A stretch of 64,000 nucleotides of DNA from Gracilinanus agilis. Taxonomy: Eukaryota. The stretch's first letter is position 1. Each line of letters starts with the position of its first letter. Made by a program: the position numbers and the translations under genes. Below, piece by piece: positions 37,380-48,942 of the stretch. A model generated the notes under the pieces. It did no database searches. It worked only from the letters and a program-made list of their open reading frames with translations, and was not told where the DNA came from. The stretch is from NCBI RefSeq assembly GCF_016433145.1, contig NC_058130.1:753123158-753187157 (forward strand). Direction: 5' to 3'.

Positions 37380-38130
37380 GTAATTAACACTTTGTAGAGT
37401 ATAGGTAATTTAAAAATACTTGTAAAATATCTGGTAGAAATGTTTGTGTGAAATATATGACCATGATATGGTAAGTACCCAAAACTTTGAAAATTTGGAA
37501 GGTTAATTGGGTTATGGAGTATCATAGAAAAGCATGATTTGGATTCATCATTTTAACAAGAAGATAGTTGTTTATGGGAAAAATACATTCAAAACCTTAA
37601 TTTTAATTTGTTGTGAATCTTTTCACAATGAAAATTTTCATATGAAGAAATATAATTGATTCTTTAGGGCTATCACACAGAGCTTCCATTAACCTGAGGT
37701 CCCGAGTCTTCTGATGCCTTAACACTGCTCAGGACTTTAAGTAACAATCATCTACCTAGGGATACATTATTTTGTTTTATTTTTTGGAGAGAAAACCAAG
37801 AGGCCTCCTTTCTCAGTTAGTTCAGTTTTTCTAATAGTTGTATTGAACTTGAAAAGACTGCTACAGGGTCACAAGAGTCAGTGAGGGGCAGCTTGGAAAT
37901 GTGACAGTAGCAACAAAGCTTGAGGAAAAAGGCAAGGGGAGTGAGAAGAGGCAGCAGCTGTGGTGCAGAGGAGATAACTGGCTCACCCACCAGAGAAGAC
38001 GTGGAGAGGGCCAACCAGGAACAGCAGAAGTAGCAGCCAGAAAGGGAGGAGGAGTCCTTTGGGGGCTGGGTGAAGGGACTCCTAAAGCTAAATGTGGGGC
38101 AGGGACTTCACCTCCTCCCCTAATGGAAGC

Positions 38131-38374
38131 NNNNNNNNNNNNNNNNNNNNNNNNNNNNNNNNNNNNNNNNNNNNNNNNNNNNNNNNNNNNNNNNNNNNNN
38201 NNNNNNNNNNNNNNNNNNNNNNNNNNNNNNNNNNNNNNNNNNNNNNNNNNNNNNNNNNNNNNNNNNNNNNNNNNNNNNNNNNNNNNNNNNNNNNNNNNNN
38301 NNNNNNNNNNNNNNNNNNNNNNNNNNNNNNNNNNNNNNNNNNNNNNNNNNNNNNNNNNNNNNNNNNNNNNNNNN
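38131..38374. other. Assembly gap (244 N) in RSRC2 intron 3
   Basis: N run. Confidence 1.
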
Positions 38375-39859
38375 TTATTAGTAATAAAGTAATATGTATG
38401 AAAATCTGAAACTGAAAATTGACCCACATTTTGAAAAGCCTTTCTAATTTGCCATTATACTGCAGAGTCTTAAGAAAAAATCTTAAATGTTATTTTAGTG
38501 GGGATTTGGCAGTAAAAGTAAAATCCACATATCACAGATTTCTAACTTCTATAAAATTAACTGTTATATGATCATTTTCATAAATTACAACATGCATGTT
38601 TAGATAGTGACACTGTCCAAAGTATTTTAGGGGGAAAATGCCAAGTGCAAAGAAATACATTATTGCATGTATTTTACTGCATGGGGTGACACTCTAATAT
38701 GATGGGAAGCAAAGGGAACTGGGTTAGGAAACCTGGGTTCTAGCCCCAGCCCTGAAACTAATTGTGTGAATTTGGACAAGTCACAGTGTCTTAGATCTGT
38801 TCCAAATAAGTAGGGTTGGACTCAAGCATCTTGAAAAAATGCATTCCAACTCATTTTTTTGAAGTACATGATTTTAAACTTGAATAACAGCTGGATCAGA
38901 AAGGCAAATCTAGATATCTATCCCAAGAGGAATAGAGAATAATATGTAACATTTCTTTGTTAATTGGTATAAGTGCTAATAAATTTAGTTTTGATGAATC
39001 TATGAAGGTATTTGAATTATATAGGTGGTTTGGTTTTATTTTTTGTACTGGAGAAAATGATATGATGGCATTGGGGTCAACTGTGTTATTCCTATCTTGA
39101 ATTCTAGTACCCTTTTAAAAATAAAAGTGCTTGCCATTTTTTACCCTAGGTACCTGTACCAAAATAAAAATCCCAAACCTGTCTGCATATGTCAAGAAGA
39201 AAAATGACTACTACACAATTTAAACTCCAGTGAAAAACATTGGAGACAGTCAGAACTGACCTTACAGAATACTTTTGACACTATAGCTATAAAAGGAAGA
39301 ATGTTATCTGCTTAAAATATTTAAAGGGTACAAAAAAAATTTTTAGTAAGCTAAGTCTTATCTAGAATAATCATCTATTTGAAACTGCATTTTCTAATGC
39401 ATTTCCCAGTTTTCCAAGTGTCTCTAATCAACTATTGTTTATTAACACAATTCAATGGCACTGTGTACTTTAGTACTTAAAGATCCATACATTTATAAGC
39501 GATGTGTACATCTAGGGTGTATCTAAATAGTCGGTTGTGTTCATTGGGATAAATATATACATCTATGTTTTATTAGACCTGGGGGTGAAATTGAAATTAT
39601 TTTCACTTTGCTACTGAAAAAAAAAAAATGAAGGGAGGTTACTACTACATTTGGGAGGGTAGAGGGAGATTTGTAAAGAAGGGGGGAGCTAGTAATATAC
39701 ACTTGCAACATTGGGTGATTGAACATAGATTATTATTGACTGAGCCACACTCCTAAGGTTACTAATGTTGCATCACAACATATTTTTGTCTTCTGATACC
39801 CATACTAACTCTCTTTGTTGCACTATTTTCCTGAAAGAACCAACTTCTTCTTAAAACAG

Positions 39860-40050
39860 GCAAGAAGACATGAATCCAAAGACAAGTCCTCCAAGAAACA
39901 CAAATCCGAGGACCATAATGACAAAGAACATTCTTCTGATAAGGGAAGAGAGAGATTAAATTCATCTGAAAATGGTGAGGACAGACACAAGCGCAAAGAA
40001 CGGAAGTCATCAAGAGGCAGAAGTCATTCAAGATCCAGATCTCGTGAAAG
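39860..40050 (+). CDS. RSRC2: RSRC2 exon 4, ARRHESKDKSSKK...SRSRSRE(R)
   Basis: 191 nt, matches part of ORF-track 39815..40054, AAG|GTGAGA donor. Confidence 0.97.
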
Positions 40051-40773
40051 GTGAGAGTTAAATACATATTAAACACATGAGCCCCAAACTGTTTCCTGTC
40101 TCTTCCCAGAGCTCCTGTCAGGTTAAAAAGAATTTGTAGAAGTACAAAACATGGTTATGGCCCTAAGGATTTGAGAATGGTCAATAAAAAATAGTGTAGA
40201 AGAGGCATCCCTTGGTACCATAGCATTACTTAGCAGTTGAATGACACATCTTTTTACTGGATGGAATGTAATAAACAGTAAAAAGCAAGTGCCTATTTTG
40301 TGTGACACACTTGAAGTTTTTCTTTCAGTAGAGAAATATTAGGCCACATGTTTAGAACATTTTAATGCTAAATATTGCCTCATGAACATTGAAGACATGT
40401 TCAAAATTTTCTTTTCTTTGTTTCAGAGGAATCTAGAAGCCTTGTCACCAGATTTTCTAAGAGCACATGCATTATAAATTTAGGAAATGCTCAGAGCCTT
40501 GTTTCTTGTTCATTTATGATTTTTGAAATGTCAGCGTCTCAATTTTATAGTGTGTTTCAGTATGAGGCAACATAGACTAAATGGCATCCCAAAAATTTGT
40601 AAGTGGCTTTTAGAGAACAAGAAGTATTAAAATACTCTTAAATTTAGTAGGCTACATTGCTATGAAATTGGATTGTATTTTCTCTCCCTTTAGTAATAGC
40701 ATATACTTTTTTTAACTACTTGTAACTTAAAGATAAGTGAGTAAAAATGTATTCTTTGTATTTTTGGTTTCAG

Positions 40774-40947
40774 GCGTCATCGTAGTAGAAGCAGAGAACG
40801 GAAAAAGTCGAGGTCCAGGAGTAGGGACCGGAAGAAGTCACGGTCCAGGAGCAGAGAGAGGAAGCGTCGGGTTAGGTCTCGGTCAAGGTCAAGGTCAAGA
40901 CATAGGCATAGAACCAGAAGTAGAAGTAGAACCAGGAGCAGAAGCCG
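40774..40947 (+). CDS. RSRC2: RSRC2 exon 5, RS-repeat core
   Basis: 174 nt encoding RHRSRSRERKKSRSRSRDRKKSRSRSRERKRRVRS...; TTTCAG acceptor, CG|GTATGT donor. Confidence 0.96.
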
Positions 40948-41348
40948 GTATGTATTCTCATGTATTTTTTATTTTTTAGTTTTAGTTTAGAATCTAGAAA
41001 TGAGAATTTTTGTTTCCTTGTGGGTAGGTTGGACATAGACGATTTCTAAAGTCCTTTTCAAGTCTAAATCCTTTATTCTAGAAATGAGCACGTCCTTTTG
41101 AAATTGCAGACATAAAAGACATTGTGGATGTGTATAGGTGTGCATCACAAAATATGGGTTTTGTTTTGGGGTTTGTTTTTTTCTAAGTTATGAGTTGAAC
41201 TTGTGTTTTAGAGAAGTAGATTTGGTTACAGGGTGTATAGGAAGCATCAAAGTAGCTAACATGCAGTTTGTAGTTTAAAAATCCTGAATCCTTGTTATGC
41301 TGCTTAATCTTGGTGTATTCTTGGGCAAGTCACTTCAACACTCTGGAC

Positions 41349-41505
41349 CAGGGGTCGGCAACCTTTTTGGCCATGAAAGCCATACAGTGCGAGCTCCTGT
41401 AACAGTGCCTGAAAAAAAAAATGGACTTTATGGCTCCTGCAGAGACATATCTGGCCCTCAAAAGAGCCAGATATGGCTCAAGAGCCATATGTTGCCGACC
41501 CCTGC
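41349..41505. mobile_element. hAT MITE, 157 bp, nested in a MIR-like SINE in RSRC2 intron 5
   Basis: Perfect 14-bp TIRs CAGGGGTCGGCAAC; perfect 8-bp TSD CTCTGGAC. Confidence 0.93.
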
Positions 41506-42027
41506 TCTGGACCCTGGTATCCTCATCTGTAAAGTTGGGAGATTGGTCAGCTATAAGATTTCTTCCAGCTCTGATGCTAGAATCTAAATAAAAATGGCCA
41601 GTTTTCCATCTTTTTGTCTAATGCTACTGCTTAGTTGGTAACACTGATTATCAATTTTTAGATGAGATGATTGCTGTGTTTTGGGATGTTATTTTTAATA
41701 AAGTTCTCTATGAATTCCAAGGATTTGTTTTGTTCTCAATAACTGTCCAGTCCCCAAAATGCACTCTTAAAAGAAAGTGCATATATAACATAAATATATG
41801 TTATAAATATATTCTGAAAAAAAAACACCAATTGTGTCTCATCAAATTTTTATGAGGAAATGAAGTTCCTTTTATATTGCTATAAAACTATATGAAGAAA
41901 ATAATTGTTGAATAACAAAATTTTTATTTTCAAGTAAATGTTACACATAAAACCCCTAATGTTTTCTGGTTTTTATACTATATCAATAAATTAGCACCTG
42001 ATAAGACTCCTAAATCAATAATTACAG

Positions 42028-42150
42028 GGAAAGAAAGAAGAGAATTGAAAAACCACGAAGATTTAGCCGAAGTTTAAGTCGGACTCCCAGTCCACCTCCT
42101 TTTAGAGGGCGAAACACAGCAATGGATGCACAAGAAGCATTAGCTAGAAG
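42028..42150 (+). CDS. RSRC2: RSRC2 exon 6, ERKKRIEKPRRFSRSLSRTPSPPPFRGRNTAMDAQEALAR
   Basis: 123 nt, canonical sites. Confidence 0.97.
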
Positions 42151-45100
42151 GTAAGTTTATTGCCTTTCATCATTTATCTTTCCTTAACTTGGCTTGACAT
42201 CTAAAAAAGATGAGGGGTTGCTCCTGTTGAATCGTGGGAATCAAAAGTTAAAATACAATAGATTCCATTTGTAATCGTTTTAAAATATTGTGGCCTTTTG
42301 CAATGCAGAAAATTATAATTTCATTAACTTTTACCTCATAGCATAGATTGATTTATTTGCAAAGCTATGAAGATTGGAATAGTTGCAACAAATAGCTCCT
42401 TCCCTTTTTTCTGCCTCTGCTTAATTTCCTAGTTTGTTTTTGTTTCTTTCATTTTTGTTTTTTGTGTTTGTTTGGTTTTGTTCTGTTTTTGGTTTTGGTG
42501 GGTTTTTTTGTTTTCGTTTTTGTTTTCCCCTAAAAGATCTAAAAGTCTCAAGAATTGGGATTGAGAGTACAATGGGCCTTAAATTCTTAAAACTATTTTC
42601 ACTTACTAGACAAGAATATTTACTTTTTTGGTTATAAACAACACTTCACATTTCTGCTTCTTAAGGACTTAAAATAAAATACCTACACACCAATGCTTGA
42701 CCTTTGTTTAGAATTCCCTGAAATGTGATGTTAACTGTTTTGAAGGAGGGAATAATTGATGTAGTTATATGCTATGTCAAATAGAAACCATTTTGTGAAT
42801 TTGCCCTTTTACTTAATAAAACCCTGTTAAACAGGGAAAGGTTCATATTTTCTTAGATTTTGTTACCTGATTATGTGTGGTTCCTGGGACAACACACAAG
42901 GGAGATAGAGCTATCTCAATCATATCTACAAAGTTAAGTCTTTACAAAAGACTTATGTGCAAAGGCAGGAGAAAAATCACTGCACTTCATATTTGCTATT
43001 TTTCCCATATTCTGCGAATTCTACACTAGCTTTTGTTGTTTTTTCTTTTTAAAATTAAGTTTCTATTTTTTTCCCATTGCAAAAATACAGTTATCACAAT
43101 GTTACCTGATGTACTGCTGCCCTGTGAACCCAGCCTGGCAGAAACTGTCTCCAGCTGAACAGCAGCAGCAGCAAAGGTGTGAGCTCACCCCTTCCTCATT
43201 CCATTCACCTTAGTGAATGGTGTTGATTTCAAAACTTGCAATGGCCATTTTAATGCAAGTAGTATCATTTATTAAGCAGTTACTCATCCTTTATATTTTT
43301 TTCTTATTGAAATTCAAAGCAAGAGAATAAGTGAGTATTTGTTTTCAAATCCATAAATTAATGTGAGTCAGATGGCAAAAGGTGATGCTCTCAAAATGTG
43401 AGGATTTTCTTAGCTTTTCTGTGTTTAAATTTATAGAGAATGTTACATCAATGCAGATGTGGATTTTTTTTTTTTTCAAAACCCACCAGTTTACAATCTT
43501 TTCCTACACTATCTATACTTCTATTTTTCACTTTGAGATTCTATTGGAATTTGAGGATAAGGTCACACTGGGAGTTCACAGTTCTTTGCCCATTTATGTG
43601 ACTTTACCAATTCTTCAGTATATGATCAGTTAAGCCATTCAATGGTTCTTGAACTTGGAAAAGATAAATTAGTTTATAAGAAATGAGCTACAGTATAGGA
43701 AATCCTGAAAAATAAGGATAAAATGTATCTTTGTAGTAAAGTATTTAAACTTTGCAAATAGTTTCCCATACATTTGTTAAACTACAACATTTTCACTGCC
43801 CACTCCCTGGAGCTCATAAAAGTGATGGATGTTATCTTGCATTTGCTCAGAAGGGTTAAAATCATACTGATTTTATGTAAACCTCTCAACAACTATTACA
43901 GAGCAAATACAAGCTGCCTATTCAACTGAATCAGACAGTAATTTTTGCCAGCCTACTGCCATAGCATATTTCAGGTAGGTGGGCCTGTTAACTTACAGCA
44001 CTGAAAACTCTTTAATTATTGCCTTTTTTTTTTTTTTTTTTTTTAATTCCATTTCAAAAACTGAAAGTGAAGTGCTAGGAACCAGATACTTCCTTCTGCC
44101 TATGTAATATCCTGTAGTTCTCTTACTCAATTTTGGCAGTGAACAAGGAATTCTTTCCTTGCAAAACTGCATTCTAGAAGTGCAATACCCCTGCCCCCAG
44201 AAAAAGAAAAAATTCCCCTTCATGCAACTTTACTTATAGAAACCCTCTTGAAGCTTGAATTTGGGGGAAATTATTGTGGTTTCTCTAGGAAAACATAAAA
44301 AAAATATTTAGGTTTTGTGAACTATATAACTACTTAAGTAAGTAGAAAGGGGAGGGATTGTCTTGACCTTTTGTTTTCTGTTCCAGAACTGATATTTCAC
44401 GGGTTTAGAGAATGCGCACTCCATTGATATATAGAAGCAACTAGTCTGGGATTTAGAGTGAATGCTTTCTTTAATAAATACTTGAATCAAAAATAGCATA
44501 GTTATTTTTAACTATATTTCTGTGAAATTTTCAGATGTTTTGCCTTCTGAATATTTTAGGCTATTAATAAACTTAACTTTCAGTCAAGCCTTGGATTAAG
44601 TGAACCATGAGTTAATCTTCTGTATTTGACTAAAGGGTCTTGGAACAATTATCTAGTCTAGTCCTCCAATTTTATAGGAAATTTAGACTCAGAAAGTTGA
44701 AACTACTTGACTAATCTCACAAATTAGTGGCAGGTAGAGGGCTCAGACCCAGGGGTCCTCAATTCCTAGGTGCAGTGGTCTTTACACCACAGGTTTACCA
44801 TCAATTAAAAGCAATCAAATGAAATGACTGAACAAGTTCACTTTTTGAAAATCTTCACAAGAGTAACAGAGCCACTTGCATTAAGATGAATTTGGGAATT
44901 GTGACATTTGTTATTTCATTGTGTTAATTTGCAAGGCTGTGATAAGTGCTTTAAAAGAGTGTATTCAAATACAAAATGGTGAGGAGTTAAATTTTTATTT
45001 TTATGAAACTGTGTCTACTTCCCCTGAAAAACATTCAGAAAATTCTGAAATCAACATTGTTTTCTACTTGCCAAATTTTAACTGTTTCTGAATGTGGACA

Positions 45101-45465
45101 AGTGAGTGTTTTATTTTTAAGGTTTGATTTCTTTATAAGACACTGCCGGTATGTGAAAAGTTAAAGCCACCATATATACATTCCCTGTTTTAAAAAAAAA
45201 AAAAAAAAAAAAAAAAGGTCTGAAAATAGTTTTATCTCTTAACATGGACATTAGAACAGAATCTATTGCCAGAGAGATTTCCCTTTAAAGTAGAAAAGGT
45301 TAAATATTCTAAGACCTATTGAAATAAAATTTAAAGGATGTTTAAGAATGGACATTTAAATCATTTATTCTAAAAATTAAAAGAAAACTTAATGTGTGGT
45401 TTAATATTTTATTTAGGAGTTCTTTTCAAGTATTTTGTAATTTTTTTTCTGTTCTCAATCAATAG

Positions 45466-45545
45466 GTTGGAAAGAGCAAAGAAATTGCAAGAACAGAGAG
45501 AGAAAGAAATGGTTGAAAAACAGAAACAACAAGAAATAGTAGCAG
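45466..45545 (+). CDS. RSRC2: RSRC2 exon 7, LERAKKLQEQREKEMVEKQKQQEIVA
   Basis: 80 nt, canonical sites. Confidence 0.96.
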
Positions 45546-47095
45546 GTAGGATTTAGCCAGAATTTTTATAAGTAACCATTATAACTATTCAGAATCTTTA
45601 AAGTCTTTGTGGCTCTGCCTATGTGATCTTTGGTAAAGTCATTTTGTCTTCAAGTTACTCAAGTAAAAGTGAATTAAGATTGACTGCATATTCTCTAATG
45701 TTCCAGCTCTGAATCTATGATCCTGAAACTGGCTATATTTGTCTTGCCGTAATTTAGTATGTCTTTCCATTGATGTGTTATAGCTAAGTTGCTTATGTAT
45801 GTTCTACTTGTAGTTTGCAAACCTGCCCTAGGTCAGGTAATATTAACTTAATTAACTCACCTGAACTATTGCAATATTTCCCTAACTGGTCTTGCTTCCA
45901 GTTATGACTCCCACTGCTGCATTTTACATTTATTTTTAGTCATTTCACTACCCACTCAAAAGAATTTGCAATAGCTTCCTATCCTTCTCCAGTTGATACA
46001 AGATACTCACCGCACTTTGTTTCACATACTCTGCTTTCTAAATAAATAAATTTTCCTTATCTAAAACCCTACGTTTTGAAGCTTCACTGCCTTTTTGCTC
46101 ATGTTAGTACATATGTCTGGAATACTGCCCTAATAGCTATTCTGTTTTAAAGACTATCCTCAGATAGCACTTATTCCATGAAACTTTTCCTGATCTATTC
46201 AAGAATACATATTCTCTCCTTTTAACTTTATATCACATTATAATTTTATCTTTCACATACCTAGCTTTTTTTATATTACCTACTACTGTCACACTTTTCT
46301 CCTTTATATGTCACAACACCCATTGGCTGAAACTGAAGCCAACATTGACTTATATATTTAATGATCCTTCTTTTAATGGCTAGTCACCGTTATCAGTCAT
46401 GTTTAATGATTGGAGTTGTAGATTTTTGTTTTGAATTACAAGAAGCATCCTAATTAATTTCCCTTCATTCGTTTACTTTCCCTTTTTGCAACATTTATTT
46501 TATATTATAATCCCAAGAAAAGTCAAACAATAAACTTAAGCACTTACTTTATGTCAATCAGTGGGGTTCTGAAAAAGTGCAAAGGACAGTCCTTGCCCTC
46601 GAGGAATTCACAATCTAATGGGGGGAAGCCTTAAAAAAAAGAAGCTGAAAGTGGAAGAATACCTAGTTTGTAGCCTTGATAAAGATCCACAGCTGGATGG
46701 AAAATGGTGATCTGTAAGGAGCTCTTTGATGTTAACCCTCTACAGTCAGAGAAGGGGGAAGAGATTTCAGGGCCAGTAGGGGGGTATCAAGTAGATATGA
46801 GTTGAATTTCAGAATTCATGCAGTCTTGCTGAAGATGAGTTACTGATATTGAAGACAGTGCTCCTATTGGAGACAAAAGTCCAGGAGATTAGTAGGTGGG
46901 AGATGATAAGATGGCTACAATCAAAACATAGGATTTGCTTCTCTGGCTATTTAAAGATCATAAAAATTGGACCATTATGAATGAGCTCAAATTTTTTTTA
47001 ATCTAACTTTTATAAACCTTCCAAGTTTTGAATTAAGTATTACCTTGCTTGTAAGTAGTCTTATATCTTAATGTATGTTTACATTTCTTCAGCAG

Positions 47096-47325
47096 CTGCA
47101 GCTACTGGAGGATCTGTCCTCAATGTTGCTGCCCTTCTAGCATCTGGAACACAAGTAACTCCTCAGATAGCTATGGCAGCTCAGATGGCTGCACTACAGG
47201 CCAAAGCTTTGGCAGAGACAGGAATAGCTGTACCTAGCTATTATAATCCAGCAGCTGTGAATCCAATGAAATTTGCTGAACAGGAAAAGAAAAGGAAAAT
47301 GCTTTGGCAAGGCAAAAAAGAAGGG
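47096..47325 (+). CDS. RSRC2: RSRC2 exon 8 (NAGNAG acceptor; may start at 47093), AATGGSVLNVAALLASG...WQGKKEG
   Basis: 230 or 233 nt; TTCAG CAG tandem acceptor; GGG|GTAAGC donor. Confidence 0.94.
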
Positions 47326-47626
47326 GTAAGCTTCTATACTTAATGTGGTCTCTTTTCTGACATTTGCTTTTCAAACACAACAAAACTGGGGGGCAGGATT
47401 TTACCTCAAAAAATTACATTGGGCCTTACTTGTTTTAACTATTTACTAGACAATAGTTATTTATTAGCCATTTTATTCACCTCTAGCTCATTCTCAGAAC
47501 AGAACCAAGCCTTAGAATGGGATTTTACATAATGATAGTTTATTATTTCCATATTTTAAGCTGTATCACAGATTTTTTTAAATGACAACTAGTTGAAAAT
47601 GTGCATGTTTTAATGTCTCCTTATAG

Positions 47627-47716
47627 GATAAGTCACAGTCTGCTGAAATTTGGGAAAAATTGAATTTTGGGAACAAGGACCAAAATGTCAAATTCAGAAA
47701 ATTAATGGGTATTAAG
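47627..47716 (+). CDS. RSRC2: RSRC2 exon 9, DKSQSAEIWEKLNFGNKDQNVKFRKLMGIK (SMAP-like C-terminal domain)
   Basis: 90 nt, canonical sites. Confidence 0.97.
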
Positions 47717-48374
47717 GTAAGGAGAAGTATTTGTGTGTGCTTATATAAGTGAATTGATAAATTTTTTATCTTTATATTCAAGGTAACAGTTTTCATATAA
47801 CCCAGGATATAGTTTCATTTGTAATTCTATCTAGAATTCAGTTTAGAAATAGGCTCAAATATAAATATGTGCTTCCAAAATCCTAATAATCTTTGAAATA
47901 GTAATTATTATAGTTGAGTTTATACTTGAATTGTCTGGGCTAATTAAGGAATTCAGCATAAGAACACCCATAATTATTCACTTTAAAATGGTAACATCTC
48001 TAATCTAAGCCAGAGTTTATCTAAAGTAACAATTCGCATTCTCCAGTAATATGTGAGCAAATAAAAAGATGTGAATATTCTTATTTCCAGGAACCATTCT
48101 TATTCTTCTAAAATACATATTTTTAGTTTTGAATTTTGCAGATTATTTTCTGTGGTTAGTTAATTTTTATATATTCAAAGTTTTGAAAGAGACTTTTCTT
48201 TGTTGAAATAAAATAACAGACTTATAATAAGGCCATTTAGCATTCATTAACTGTAGATGAATCACAAAAAACCCAAGGGGAAAAATATCTCCAGTAGTTG
48301 TAATACATTGTTATAAGTTTGCACTTTTCTAAAAATCAGTGTAGGAATTACATGTACAATTCGTAGATAGCTAT

Positions 48375-48594
48375 TTCTTTTTTTTCTTTTTTTTTAAACG
48401 TCTACCTTTCATCTTAGAATTGCTACTGTGTATTGGTTTTAAGGCATAGGAGTGGTAAGGCTAGGCAATGGGGGTTAAGTGACTTGCCCAGGGTCACACA
48501 ACTAGGAAGTGTCTGAGGCCAGATTTGAACCCAGAACCTCCTGTCTCTAGGCCTGGCTCTCAATCAATCCACTGAGCTACCCAGCTGCTCCCAT
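48375..48594 (-). mobile_element. SINE in RSRC2 intron 9
   Basis: TSD GTAGATAGCTAT. Confidence 0.9.
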
Positions 48595-48632
48595 GTAGAT
48601 AGCTATATCTAAAGTAGAGAAATAGTAAAGTA

Positions 48633-48942
48633 CAGTTTCCCTTCCACATCTCAATTTTTCCCATCACAGTTTCAATATATCATGGGTTGGCAAAAGAAAT
48701 ATGACTTTGGCGACAGGGTGCAGAAGCCACGGGTGACACACAAAAGTACAGGAAAAGTTTAGAAATTCAAAAATGCAAACTAAACTCAGAGTTTACAACA
48801 AGGCACTATATACATAACCTCATAAAAGAAAAAAAAAATCAGACATCTCTGGTATGAATAGAGGGCCAAAACATCTTATGCAGATTTTCCAGATCACAGG
48901 GTTCTGCACCCCTAATCTCCCAAGGTGTGGGAGGGATAACTA
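48633..48942. mobile_element. Tigger/mariner-like MITE in RSRC2 intron 9
   Basis: TA-flanked imperfect TIRs CAGTTTCCCTTCCACA / TGTGGGAGGGATAACTA; related inverted copy at ~59270-59570. Confidence 0.65.

Noticed and set aside
37861-38429. Four ORFs of 105-188 aa
   Set aside because: Their length comes from translating through the 244-N gap
40737-40979. 80-aa ORF with GLGLGQGQGQ/EPEVEVEP repeats
   Set aside because: Alternative frame of the RSRC2 RS-repeat exon, starting and ending in introns
45192-45216. A25 run in RSRC2 intron 6 as a possible 3' end
   Set aside because: Genomic homopolymer with no AATAAA just upstream; more likely a source of oligo-dT internal-priming artefacts
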